Source: Oxalobacteraceae bacterium
GTDB lineage: Bacteria; Pseudomonadota; Gammaproteobacteria; Burkholderiales; Burkholderiaceae_D
Assembly (NCBI GenBank): GCA_021298555.1
Contig: JAJTGE010000024.1
Coordinates: 1,552-65,551 of the forward strand
DNA length: 64,000 bases
Reading direction: 5' to 3'
The notes beneath the pieces were generated by a model, which was given only the letters and a program-made list of their open reading frames with translations, did no database searches and was not told where the DNA came from. The position numbers were made by a program, and so were the translations under genes. Of the stretch, positions 49,111-58,459 are shown piece by piece (within the stretch, counting starts at the first letter, position 1; every line of letters starts with the position of its first letter).

Positions 49111-49598
49111 AAAAAACGCCATCGTTTCGAGTTGGTCAGGGTTATGACTGCCACGCGCTGGTACCGGGTCGCCCACTCATTATTGGAGGAGTAAAAATTC
49201 CTCACAGGTTGGGCTTACTGGGCCATTCGGATGCGGATGTGCTGCTCCATGCAATTACGGATGCCTTGTTCGGCGCGGCGGGTTTGGGTGATGTAGGCCG
49301 ACATTTTCCGGATACGGATACTAAGTATGCTGGGGCAGATTCCCGGGTGCTGCTCAAAGAGGCCGGACGCCTGGTACGAGAAGCAGGTTATGAAATAGGC
49401 AATATCGATGCCACTGTGATTGCTCAGGCACCCAAGCTGGCAACCCACATCGCTACCATGATCAGCCACATAGCGGCGGACCTTGAGCTTGACCCTCAGC
49501 AGGTCAATATCAAGGCAAAAACCAATGAACGCCTGGGTTGGGAAGGCCGCGAGGAGGGCATAGCTGCACAGGCAATTGCCCTGATTCAGCCTGTTTGA
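49107..49598 (+). CDS. ispF: 2-C-methyl-D-erythritol 2,4-cyclodiphosphate synthase
   Basis: [30 protein letters not shown]. Confidence 0.96.
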   Translation: MKKTPSFRVGQGYDCHALVPGRPLIIGGVKIPHRLGLLGHSDADVLLHAITDALFGAAGLGDVGRHFPDTDTKYAGADSRVLLKEAGRLVREAGYEIGNIDATVIAQAPKLATHIATMISHIAADLELDPQQVNIKAKTNERLGWEGREEGIAAQAIALIQPV

Positions 49599-49631
49599 TA
49601 ATAGTTCTCATCTAGCGTCTTTTAAAATCCG

Positions 49632-49668
49632 ATAGTTTTTCTTGATCGACTAGATTAAGAACCTCAAT
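49632..49668 (+). promoter_or_regulatory. Candidate OxyR-type (LysR) site upstream of the rubrerythrin operon
   Basis: ATAG-N7-TGAT-N7-ATTA-N7-CAAT, the spacing of ATAG-N7-CTAT-N7-ATAG-N7-CTAT. Confidence 0.5.
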
Positions 49669-49811
49669 TTGAGATTTTGATCTTATAGGGTCACAATCGC
49701 GACCTGAAAGCCTATACTCAGCAGTCGGTTTTCAGTCGTGACCGTTCTCCGAACCTTGCATGTAGGGTTATGACGGCACGTTTTCACCATCGAATCACAT
49801 AGGAGATACAC

Positions 49812-50234
49812 ATGTCCAAGTTAAAGGGCTCCAAGACCGAAGCCAATCTGAAAGATGCTTTCTCAGGCGAATCACAAGCCAACCGTCGTTATTTGTACTT
49901 CGCGAACAAGGCTGACATCGAAGGCCAAAATGACGTAGCAGCACTGTTCCGTTCAACAGCAGAAGGCGAAACAGGCCATGCACACGGCCACCTCGAGTAC
50001 CTCGAGACCGTTGGTGATCCTGCAACCGGTATGCCTATCGGTTCTTCACGCCAAAATTTGATGGCAGCTGTTGCTGGCGAAACGCATGAGTACACCGACA
50101 TGTACCCAGGCATGGCTAAAACAGCCCGTGAAGAAGGTTTTGACGAGATCGCTGATTGGTTCGAAACATTGGCTAAAGCAGAGCGTTCACATGCCAATCG
50201 TTACCAGAAGGCTCTCGACGCATTGGTCGACTAA
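49812..50234 (+). CDS. Rubrerythrin (short, no rubredoxin domain)
   Basis: T..NL..AF.GES.ANRRY, E.GHA, GE..EY..MYP, AE..H. Confidence 0.95.
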   Translation: MSKLKGSKTEANLKDAFSGESQANRRYLYFANKADIEGQNDVAALFRSTAEGETGHAHGHLEYLETVGDPATGMPIGSSRQNLMAAVAGETHEYTDMYPGMAKTAREEGFDEIADWFETLAKAERSHANRYQKALDALVD

Positions 50235-50322
50235 GTAAAAAGCTGTAACGCTAGTCAAGAAACATATGACTGGCAGGCGCCTAATTCAATGCAATGTATT
50301 GATACAGCGCTGACTATCTGAA

Positions 50323-50352
50323 CAAGCCTCTCTGCAAGAGCAGAGAGGCTTG
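50323..50352. other. Intercistronic stem-loop after rubrerythrin
   Basis: CAAGCCTCTCTG-CAAGAG-CAGAGAGGCTTG. Confidence 0.6.
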
Positions 50353-50426
50353 CGTCAGGCAGAACTTCTTCCTCGTGTTTTGGTCCGCCTGACATCATCG
50401 ACATCACTCATTCGAGAGTATCCAAC

Positions 50427-51761
50427 ATGGCAAGTGAAGGTAATCTACAAGCACCTACCCGGCATCCGCTGGATTGGGTTTCAGAAGAATTTTATGACGA
50501 AGATTCATTAAACGCTGAACTAGAGCGCGTTTTCGATATCTGCCATGGTTGCAGACGTTGTGTATCGTTGTGCCAGTCCTTCCCCATCTTGTTTGATTTG
50601 GTGGATGAATCAGAGACTATGGAAGTCGATGGCGTAGATAAAAAAGATTACATCAAAGTAGTGGACCAGTGCTATCTGTGCGATCTCTGCTACATGACGA
50701 AGTGCCCTTACACACCACCGCACGAATGGAATCTCGATTTCCCTCATTTGATGCTGCGTGCTAAGGCGGTGAAATTCAAACAAGGCCACGTAACAGCGCG
50801 CGACAAATTTCTTTCGAACACCGATGGTTTGGGCAAATTTGCCGGTATTCCTATCGTGACTCAAACAGTCAACGCGGTAAATAAATCACAAGCAACGCGT
50901 GGTATTTTAGAAAACGTACTTGGTGTAGATAAAAAAGCCTGGTTACCTGAATTTGCGACGACTAAATTTCGCTCAGGTGCTAAAAAATCGCCCGAGCACG
51001 CAGTCAAAAGTGGTCAGCTTACGCCGGGCAAAGTCGCGATTTATTCAACCTGCTACGTTAACTACAACGAGCCAGGCATAGGACATGATTTGTTAGCGGT
51101 GCTCGACCACAATCAAATTCCCTACGTGATGGTTGAGAAGGAAGCCTGCTGCGGCATGCCTAAACTTGAGCAGGGTGACCTGGAAGGTGTCGCTGAAAAG
51201 AAGGCGATTAATATTCCGCACTTAGCGAAACTAGCCAAAGAGGGTTATGCCATCTTGACGCCTATTCCCTCATGCACCTTGATGTACAAACAAGAGCTGC
51301 CCTTAATGTTCCCTGATTGCGCAGACACACAACTAGTTAAAGAAGCAATGTGGGATCCGTTTGAGTATTTTGTGGCGCGTAATCGTGATGGTTTGTTGAA
51401 TACAGATTTCAAACAATCCTTGGGTCAGGTTTCGTATCACATACCGTGCCATTCACGCGTACAAAACGTGGGTCGCAAAACGGCTGACATGTTGCAACTC
51501 ATACCGGACACTAAGCTCAATATTGTTGAACGCTGTTCTGGTCATGCAGGTACCTACGGTGTGAAAAAAGAGTTTCATGCCAATTCCATGAAAATCGGCA
51601 AACCGGTATTTAAAGCAATGGCTAACGATGAACCTGATTACATCTCATCGGATTGCCAGCTAGCCGGACACCATATTGCCCAAGGCATGGAAGAGAATGG
51701 TTTGAAGAAAGCCGAAATGGCGCATCCGTTAACGCTGCTTCGTAAAGCCTACGCTATTTAA
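50427..51761 (+). CDS. Rubrerythrin-associated Fe-S oxidoreductase (GlpC/HdrD-like)
   Basis: CHGCRRC...C, CYLCDLC....CP, CCGMP, CSGH.G. Confidence 0.9.
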   Translation: MASEGNLQAPTRHPLDWVSEEFYDEDSLNAELERVFDICHGCRRCVSLCQSFPILFDLVDESETMEVDGVDKKDYIKVVDQCYLCDLCYMTKCPYTPPHEWNLDFPHLMLRAKAVKFKQGHVTARDKFLSNTDGLGKFAGIPIVTQTVNAVNKSQATRGILENVLGVDKKAWLPEFATTKFRSGAKKSPEHAVKSGQLTPGKVAIYSTCYVNYNEPGIGHDLLAVLDHNQIPYVMVEKEACCGMPKLEQGDLEGVAEKKAINIPHLAKLAKEGYAILTPIPSCTLMYKQELPLMFPDCADTQLVKEAMWDPFEYFVARNRDGLLNTDFKQSLGQVSYHIPCHSRVQNVGRKTADMLQLIPDTKLNIVERCSGHAGTYGVKKEFHANSMKIGKPVFKAMANDEPDYISSDCQLAGHHIAQGMEENGLKKAEMAHPLTLLRKAYAI

Positions 51762-51779
51762 TTATTGAAGGAGTACACC

Positions 51780-52361
51780 ATGATTATTGCCCGTGAAACC
51801 CTGATGTCGCTAGAAACCTATTCTAAGCAACGCATTGATTTTCGTCGACAGGTAATGGAGCACAAAAAAACCCGTACTGTTCATCTCGGTAATCACGTAA
51901 CGTTGTTGTTTGAAGATGATCTGACGCTGCGTTATCAGATACAAGAAATGCTGCGCATCGAAAAGATTTTTGAAGATGAAGGCATACAGTCTGAGCTAGA
52001 TGCTTACAATCCTTTGTGCCCGGACGGTAGTAATTTCAAAGCGACGATGCTAATTGAGTACGGTAATGTCGCAGAGCGCAAAGTGGCACTATCCAAACTT
52101 ATTGGCATTGAAGATCGTTTATTTGTTCAGGTTGAGGGACAAAGCCGCGTGTATGCAATTGCTGATGAAGATCTCGAGCGTGAAACAGCAGAAAAAACAT
52201 CTGCTGTTCATTTTGTTCGGTTTGAGCTCACACCTGAGATGAAGTCAGCGCTCAAGAGTGGCGCGCAAATCATGATGGGTTGTGACCATCCGAATTACCC
52301 AGTGCATGTAGAAGAAATCCCTCAAGAAACATTGGCTGCTTTGCTCAAAGATCTTTCTTGA
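51780..52361 (+). CDS. DUF3501 family protein
   Basis: FE...T.RYQIQEMLRIE, YNPL.PDG, KTSAVHF.RF; third gene of the rubrerythrin operon. Confidence 0.88.
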   Translation: MIIARETLMSLETYSKQRIDFRRQVMEHKKTRTVHLGNHVTLLFEDDLTLRYQIQEMLRIEKIFEDEGIQSELDAYNPLCPDGSNFKATMLIEYGNVAERKVALSKLIGIEDRLFVQVEGQSRVYAIADEDLERETAEKTSAVHFVRFELTPEMKSALKSGAQIMMGCDHPNYPVHVEEIPQETLAALLKDLS

Positions 52362-52362
52362 T

Positions 52363-53589
52363 TTAATAGTTAAGCCAAACCCTAACCGCGAGCCCACCCC
52401 CCTCGCGGTTTTTTAATTCTAGTTTGCCTTGATGTCGTTGCACCACGCGATCAACAATCGCTAATCCCAAACCCGCACCATTGGCCTGACTTCGCGCTAC
52501 GTCTAAGCGTGTGAAAGGTAGTAGTACCTGACCTAGTTGATCTTCGGGCAGTCCGTTGCCATGGTCGACTATATCTAGTCGTATCATCGATTTTTCTACA
52601 TTTGCGCTGATATGAATTTCAGTGATGGATGTTCCGGGTGTTTTTCCGTAGCGTCGGGCGTTTTCTATGAGGTTACGCACCAGACGGTCTATCTCGGTCG
52701 GATTGCAGCGCAAACTCAGTCGTTCCGGGATATTCATTGTGATGGTTGTGTCTGATCGACGTTGGTATTCTGCAGTAATTTTTCGAAGCGACGCGGCCAG
52801 ATCGTGCATCGTAAAGTTGGCCGGATCAGCCGGGCGAGCATAGTCTAAAAATTGCGCGATGATAGCTTCCATCTGCCCCAGATCGGATTGCATACCTTTT
52901 AATGCATCCTCCGATAATCCTGCCATTTCAACTTCCAGCAAGCTTTGATTGGCTTCGCGTATTTCGGCCGGCCCTTGCTCGGGTAATTCTGCGGGCGTCT
53001 CTCCGCGTGCAACGGCACGTGCAGCAGATGAGATGCGCGATAAAGGTTGGTTGATTAGTCGGCTAATAAATGCGGCACCTATTAACGACAACAACAGCGT
53101 GACTGTAGCCCAACCCAGCCATTGCACGCCTGACGCTTGCTCTACACGATCACGATCGAGCATGAGCCAATAGTCGTCATCATCAATACGAAAACTCACC
53201 CAAAAACCGCGTATGTCATTCACATAACCTGCAAAATGGGTATCTTGACCTAATCGTGCTTGTACGTTGTCTTCAATGACTTGAGTGAGATCACTCTCAG
53301 GCATGGGTTCAACATCATCGTCATCTTCACGTGGATAAACACGTATGCCTTGGGTGGAGGCCAGATCAAATAATAATTCGCGCCGCAATGCTGGATTGGA
53401 GTGCAGTAATGCCGCGCGTGTGATGGTGACGATAGAGACGACTTGCGCGGCTACTTGTTCGCCACGCGGAGTGCGTTCAACAACATGAAAGCTGGCTACC
53501 CACGCCCCCATGCTGGTAGCAATCAGAAATGCTAATAGAAAAAAAGTACGCCAAAACAGGCCGCTGCGTAAACCAGATAAAAATAGCAT
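52363..53589 (-). CDS. EnvZ/RisS-like sensor kinase with in-frame deletion of the H-box (probably inactive as written)
   Basis: LFWRTF, HAMP INQPL..I..AA, NLIENA.RYG, D.GNG, PF.RLD.AR, GAGLGLAIV; EANQS joins directly to LLEVEM with no SHDLRTP. Confidence 0.85.
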   Translation of the reverse strand: MLFLSGLRSGLFWRTFFLLAFLIATSMGAWVASFHVVERTPRGEQVAAQVVSIVTITRAALLHSNPALRRELLFDLASTQGIRVYPREDDDDVEPMPESDLTQVIEDNVQARLGQDTHFAGYVNDIRGFWVSFRIDDDDYWLMLDRDRVEQASGVQWLGWATVTLLLSLIGAAFISRLINQPLSRISSAARAVARGETPAELPEQGPAEIREANQSLLEVEMAGLSEDALKGMQSDLGQMEAIIAQFLDYARPADPANFTMHDLAASLRKITAEYQRRSDTTITMNIPERLSLRCNPTEIDRLVRNLIENARRYGKTPGTSITEIHISANVEKSMIRLDIVDHGNGLPEDQLGQVLLPFTRLDVARSQANGAGLGLAIVDRVVQRHQGKLELKNREGGGLAVRVWLNY

Positions 53590-53599
53590 CGGTGGCGTG

Positions 53600-54367
53600 T
53601 TATCGGGATTGTTCTTCCGGAATAAAAACGTAACCTAATCCCCAGACTGTTTGTATAAAGCGCGGCAGCGATGGATCAGGTTCGATTAATTTACGAAGCC
53701 TGGAGATTTGCACATCCAGACTACGATCAAAAACTTCATATTCACGTCCACGCGCAAGCTCCATTAATTTTTCTCGGGACAGTGGTTGACGTGCGTGGCG
53801 CGCAAGGACTTTTAATACAGAGTATTCGCCTGTGGTAAGCGCGACGGGCTGACCTGCTTTGGTTAACGAGCGCTTGGCAAGATCGAATTCGAATTCTCCA
53901 AATTGATAGAGCTCTGTATGATCTGATGGTGCGCCCGGTAAATCGGTGGGTGTAACTCGTCGTAGAACGGCTGCAATGCGTGCCACCAATTCACGTGGAT
54001 TAAAAGGTTTAGGCAGATAATCATCTGCGCCGATTTCTAGACCTGTTATGCGATCAGCATCTTCGCCTTTAGCTGTGAGCATGATGATGGGTGTGCTGTC
54101 ACCACCACCGCGAAGTCGGCGACAAATAGAAAAGCCATCTTCACCTGGCAGCATGAGATCGAGCACCAGGAGATCAAAGCGTTCGCGTATCCAGAGACGA
54201 TTCATTTCAATCGCATTGACTGCCACCGACACGGAAAATCCATGCTCACTTAAAAAGCGTTTGAGTAGGTCTCTCAGACGGGCATCATCATCAACCACCA
54301 GTATCTTTGCCTGGCTGCTGGGAGTGCGGCGCGAGGGTACGGGTTTGGGAGCGTTTGTCGAGTCCAT
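53600..54367 (-). CDS. ompR: OmpR/RisA-type response regulator
   Basis: ILVVDDD.RLR.LL, LDLMLPGEDG, GADDYLPKPFNPREL, DRSLDVQISRLRK, IQTVWGLGY. Confidence 0.92.
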   Translation of the reverse strand: MDSTNAPKPVPSRRTPSSQAKILVVDDDARLRDLLKRFLSEHGFSVSVAVNAIEMNRLWIRERFDLLVLDLMLPGEDGFSICRRLRGGGDSTPIIMLTAKGEDADRITGLEIGADDYLPKPFNPRELVARIAAVLRRVTPTDLPGAPSDHTELYQFGEFEFDLAKRSLTKAGQPVALTTGEYSVLKVLARHARQPLSREKLMELARGREYEVFDRSLDVQISRLRKLIEPDPSLPRFIQTVWGLGYVFIPEEQSR

Positions 54368-54419
54368 GGCGCTATGGTAACGTCGTTCTTGGCTATGATT
54401 GCACTATGCCGTGTCATGA

Positions 54420-54436
54420 TTACAAAGCTTTACAAA
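54420..54436. promoter_or_regulatory. Candidate OmpR-family binding site
   Basis: TTACAAA-gct-TTACAAA direct repeat (10-bp period) between divergent ompR and a small periplasmic protein gene. Confidence 0.5.
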
Positions 54437-54499
54437 TTAGGCGATCGGCCAAAAGTGCGGAATGGCGATAAAACCCAGAACAAACGGCATCCCTGGCCT

Positions 54500-54754
54500 A
54501 TGAAAATACTGAACTATCTTGTTTTTATCTTTCTCTTGATGGGCTCTCTGTGTCAGGCGCTGGCGGCACCAGAGCAGGGGGGAGGCGCTGCGCGTCCGCT
54601 GGCGCCGGCTGGCAACGACCAGGCTAAAAAGCAGGATGATGCTCGTCAACGCGAGTCTGAACGTCGTCCTCCCAAGCTGTCACCGGAAGAACGTAAAGCA
54701 CTTCGACAGCAAATTAATGAGGTTGGGCAGGACTTGTATCCCCCTAAGCGTTAA
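54500..54754 (+). CDS. Small exported protein divergent from ompR
   Basis: Signal peptide MKILNYLVFIFLLMGSLCQALA; KLSPEER..LRQQI.E motif. Confidence 0.7.
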   Translation: MKILNYLVFIFLLMGSLCQALAAPEQGGGAARPLAPAGNDQAKKQDDARQRESERRPPKLSPEERKALRQQINEVGQDLYPPKR

Positions 54755-54842
54755 ATATCATCGACTAAGCGCGATTGGTTGGAGTTACGTGCTTACTCTG
54801 GCACGCTCAGAGGGTTTTTCTAGTGTTATAATTTTGACCTTC

Positions 54843-54919
54843 GCGGCCGTAGCTCAGCTGGATAGAGTACTTGGCTACGAACCAAGGGGTCGTGGGTTCA
54901 ATTCCTGCCGGCCGCACCA
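54843..54919 (+). tRNA. tRNA-Arg (anticodon ACG)
   Basis: Acceptor stem GCGGCCG/CGGCCGC plus ACCA; D-arm AGCTCAGCTGGATAGAGT; anticodon arm CTTGG-CTACGAA-CCAAG; T-loop GGTTCAATTCC; TATAAT just upstream. Confidence 0.97.
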
Positions 54920-54934
54920 GTACAAAAAGTAGCA

Positions 54935-55000
54935 AAATCAACGGGTTAGCGCCACAAGCGCTAGCCCGTTTTTCTTTTTAGTGTGGACACTTTGTGGACA
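54935..55000 (+). terminator. tRNA terminator hairpin overlapping att-like signals
   Basis: AACGGGTTAGCGC/GCGCTAGCCCGTT plus T tract; AATCAAcgggTTA fits the IHF consensus WATCAA-N4-TTR; TGTGGACA direct repeat x2. Confidence 0.65.
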
Positions 55001-55290
55001 TTTTTTGCTCTCGCCTCAAAAATCAGGGTCCGAAGTGACTTGTTCCAATCGCTCCCTTCGGCCTTAATCTTCTCTAGCGCCTCATAAATCTCCCTCACCA
55101 TCGCTACTGAGTAGTGATCCGTGATGGAATTGTTTGAGTGCCAAAGTACTGCTGAGATCGTCTCTCTTTTTACTCCCGCTTCCCGCAAACGCATGCCGAC
55201 CGTGTGGCGAAGGTCATGAACGTGGAGGTCACCCAGACCCGCCTTGAAACGAGCGTTTTGCCATGCGCTGTTGTTTATGGTCTCGGTTAG
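54961..55290 (-). pseudogene. Tyrosine recombinase (phage-type integrase) C-terminal remnant
   Basis: NNSAW..AR...GL, HVHDLRH..G.RLR.AGV, LWH, ITDHYS; N-terminal domains and first catalytic Arg missing; points toward the tRNA. Confidence 0.85.
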
Positions 55291-55468
55291 GATGACCCGG
55301 CTGAAGTGCTGACGAATAGTAAGACCATGGAAGTGGCTTGATTCGTCAACTAGTCTCTGTAGTGCATGCTCGAAGCCGAACATGCTGAAATAACTTAATT
55401 AAGCCGCAATCACCTTGTCGATGATGGATTTCAGGTACGCAAGCATCGATTCGTTTTTACGGCATCCA

Positions 55469-55825
55469 TTATTTATCGATGGCTTTAACCGCTTTACTCA
55501 TTATTTTTGAGAGCTTTTCAAAGTGCGCTAGCGATGCTGGCGTTAGCTCTAACTGCTTGCGTCGTGCATCTTCCGTCTGAGCCAAATTTATCCAGCCTTT
55601 ATCGCGCATAGACTGCAATCGACCATGCAGCATGGCTGGCGAGCCTAGTTCTGATTTACTCATGAGATCTTTTACTGAGAGGCGAGCTCTGGTTACATGT
55701 GCATCCGCAATGATTTCCAGGATTTTTTCTTCAATAGGCTCAAGCCCGGGTAAAAGAGGGACTTCTTTTATTGCTTTAGCCAGATGTAGAAAACGCAGAT
55801 ACGCACTCGTTGATTTTGTTTTCAT
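55469..55825 (-). CDS. MarR-like winged-helix protein
   Basis: LSV.DL...ELGSPA.LH..L..MR.KGWI......D.RRKQL..T. Confidence 0.75.
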   Translation of the reverse strand: MKTKSTSAYLRFLHLAKAIKEVPLLPGLEPIEEKILEIIADAHVTRARLSVKDLMSKSELGSPAMLHGRLQSMRDKGWINLAQTEDARRKQLELTPASLAHFEKLSKIMSKAVKAIDK

Positions 55826-56155
55826 GTTGGTTTTGAGTAGTAGATTGGTTTTAGCGCGATGGGGTTTATCGTATTAGCTTATTCGTAAGCACACAATTAC
55901 AAATTGTATAGCTTGACAGCACCCTTGTGCGAGCTGGTGTGATCAGAATAATTGGTTGGGTATCTGTATATGATTAAGACAGCGTTTTGCTCAGACTTAA
56001 TTACTAATTCATTTGCAAAGTTGTTAAAATATCTAACGGTACAAGATTGATCTATAAGATAACTTCTGATCCGATCTCATTATCTTTTTGATAGTAGAGA
56101 CCAATAATCCTCAATCATTTATTTTCCCCACCTCTCCAACAGCCAACAAGAGCCA

Positions 56156-57520
56156 ATGAATAGTTTAGCCTACGTCATACCCAAAGAGCGCCGGTCGTCC
56201 GGACAAGAGATTCATCGAATTGTCGTCGTTGGAGGTGGTGCTGGCGGATTAGAGTTAGCCACTCGTTTGGGTGACTCGTTGGGCAAATCAAAAAAGGCTC
56301 AAATTATTCTCGTTGATAAGTCAGCTACGCATATTTGGAAACCATTGCTACATGAAGTTGCAGCCGGCAGTATGGATCCGAGTGCGCATCAGTTGGAGTA
56401 TGTGGCCCAAGCGCGTTGGCATCACTTTGAGTTTTATCAGGGTGCCTTAATGGATGTCAGTCGCGAAGAAAAATGTCTGCGTGTAGCTCCAGTGCTGGAT
56501 GAAAACCAGATGCCGATACTGCCAGAACGGGTTCTTCCCTACGATACTTTGGTGATATCCATAGGCAGCGTTACAAATTTCTTTAATGTACCTGGCGCTG
56601 AAACGCATGCTATGGCTGTTGATACAGTCAATCAGGCTGAAACCATACGCAGGCGAATTTTGGCTGCTTGCATGCGTTCACAAAGCAGGGCGTTTCAGTT
56701 AGTTGATGCGCCGGTAAAAAAGGTTCATCTCGTTATTATTGGAGGTGGTGCAACCGGTGTTGAATTGGCTGCTGAGTTGCGTAATACCGCTGAAGTTCTT
56801 GCCGCTTATGGCTTGCACAAATTAGATCCTCAAAAAGATGTGCAGATCACACTAGTTGAGGCGGGGCCGCGAATTCTTCCTCCACTGCCAGAAAAAATAT
56901 CCTTAGAAACGACCAAGCTGCTAGGGCATTTGAATATTGATGTGATGACAGGTGATAGGGTCACTCAAGTCACACCCGACGCAGTTATCACCGCCAGCGG
57001 TAAGACATTACCCAGCGATCTTACAGTGTGGGCCGGTGGTATTCGAGTGCCTCAGGTTTTGCGTGACATAGGGGTAGAGACGAATGGCATAGGTCAGATT
57101 ATTGTTTCTGATACGTTGCAATCTGTATCGGACAAAAACATTTTTGCATTTGGAGATTGTGCGGCATGTTTTTGGGGTGATTCAGGAAAGATTGTTCCTC
57201 CGCGGGCTCAGGCGGCGCATCAACAGGCATCTACTTTAGTGAAAAGCATGAAGCGGCTAATAAAGAAAAAATCGTTGCCAGTTTTTATTTACCGCGACTA
57301 TGGCTCGCTTATTTCGCTTGGAAATTACGAAACAGTCGGAAATTTGATGGGCAAGATGGTGGGGCGGTCGGTCAAGATACAGGGTTTTTTAGCGCGCATG
57401 CTGTATCTGTCGCTGTATCGAAACCATCAAATGGCACTGCATGGCTTCTTTAGGATGGCAGTTGATACTTTAGTCGATTGGCTAAGACACAACACCAAGC
57501 CGCGCGTGAAATTGCACTGA
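56156..57520 (+). CDS. ndh: Type II NADH:quinone oxidoreductase
   Basis: VGGGAGGLELA, H.WKPLLHEVAAG, GGGATGVELAAEL, PPRAQAAHQQA, YRDYGSL.SLG, PRVKLH. Confidence 0.93.
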   Translation: MNSLAYVIPKERRSSGQEIHRIVVVGGGAGGLELATRLGDSLGKSKKAQIILVDKSATHIWKPLLHEVAAGSMDPSAHQLEYVAQARWHHFEFYQGALMDVSREEKCLRVAPVLDENQMPILPERVLPYDTLVISIGSVTNFFNVPGAETHAMAVDTVNQAETIRRRILAACMRSQSRAFQLVDAPVKKVHLVIIGGGATGVELAAELRNTAEVLAAYGLHKLDPQKDVQITLVEAGPRILPPLPEKISLETTKLLGHLNIDVMTGDRVTQVTPDAVITASGKTLPSDLTVWAGGIRVPQVLRDIGVETNGIGQIIVSDTLQSVSDKNIFAFGDCAACFWGDSGKIVPPRAQAAHQQASTLVKSMKRLIKKKSLPVFIYRDYGSLISLGNYETVGNLMGKMVGRSVKIQGFLARMLYLSLYRNHQMALHGFFRMAVDTLVDWLRHNTKPRVKLH

Positions 57521-57522
57521 TC

Positions 57523-57548
57523 ACAGCACCAGGTATAGCTGGTGCTGT
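57523..57548. terminator. Hairpin between convergent ndh and infA
   Basis: ACAGCACCAG-gtatag-CTGGTGCTGT. Confidence 0.65.
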
Positions 57549-57552
57549 CGGC

Positions 57553-57810
57553 TTATCGTCGGTTGTTGAAAGAAGAGCGTTTAGCTTGGCCTTCGATGTG
57601 GCGGAAAGTGATGCGGCCCTTGCTTAAATCGTAGGGCGATAATTCTAAAGTGACTTTATCGCCTGCCAAAATACGTATATGGTGCATACGCATTTTTCCA
57701 GCGGTATAAGCGATCAGCGTATGACCATTTTGTAGGGTCACGCGATAGCGGGAGTCAGGTAAGATTTCATCAACTACACCTTGCATTTCCAACATTTCTT
57801 CTTTTGCCAT
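57553..57810 (-). CDS. infA: Translation initiation factor IF-1 (stand-alone copy with C-terminal extension)
   Basis: MAKEE..EM.G.V.E.LP...YRV.L.NGH..IAY..GKMR...IRIL.GD.V..E.SPYDL.KGRI.FR. Confidence 0.95.
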   Translation of the reverse strand: MAKEEMLEMQGVVDEILPDSRYRVTLQNGHTLIAYTAGKMRMHHIRILAGDKVTLELSPYDLSKGRITFRHIEGQAKRSSFNNRR

Positions 57811-58459
57811 AGTCATCCAGGTTGTGCGCTAGGTTAAAACCACTGAAGAGTTTTTTACAGTGGAGCGCGTTGCATTAAGTAGAACAGCCCAAAATTTTCA
57901 GACCGTCCATCCAGCGAAAATAAAATTTCTTAAGCTTGGCTGGAAATTTTCGATTACACGTTTGTCACGTAGCTATCGTAAAACTAGGTAAAGCTATTTA
58001 TGCTTGGTACGAAATTCTTTAGTTAAATTTTTACTCATCGATACAGGCAGGGCATTGACGACCCGAACCTATTTGCATCTTCACTAGCAAGTACCACCCG
58101 CATTACTAGGGTGATTAGGAAATGCCTAGAGCATCGCACTCATGACATCCCCAAAAGACCTACATCTATGGGCTAGGACATGTCCTGTTGTAGGGATGTC
58201 CAGTAAAGCTCTCAAAAGGCTTGAAGGAGGGTTAGGAGCATACAAATCGAATTCGCACGCATTATAGCTTGTTAAAGCCGTTTATAAGCCAAACCCGCCG
58301 GGCAAATTTCATGGGTGCGCTCAAAAAATGGTTGAGCGCGGTGTTGGTAATGCATGGCCATAATCAGCATCTGGGGGGCTTCGGAGGCAGTCCGCCCTGG
58401 CTGACATCAAGCACCTATGGATGTAGCACGGGGCAGTTCAGAGGAGTATTTAACGCAGC

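Noticed and set aside
19800-52950. Shared recognition motif or programmed excision at the deletion junctions (TTCGAA in rimO, AAGCTT in the kinase, GGTCTC in TPR)
   Set aside because: The hexamers all differ and two junctions have none; consistent with chance
54636-54932. 98-aa ORF across the tRNA
   Set aside because: Overlaps a clear tRNA-Arg; spurious
55290-55383. N-terminus of the 140-aa ORF as a real integrase start
   Set aside because: Sequence before ETINNSAW does not resemble integrase; chance in-frame extension of a remnant
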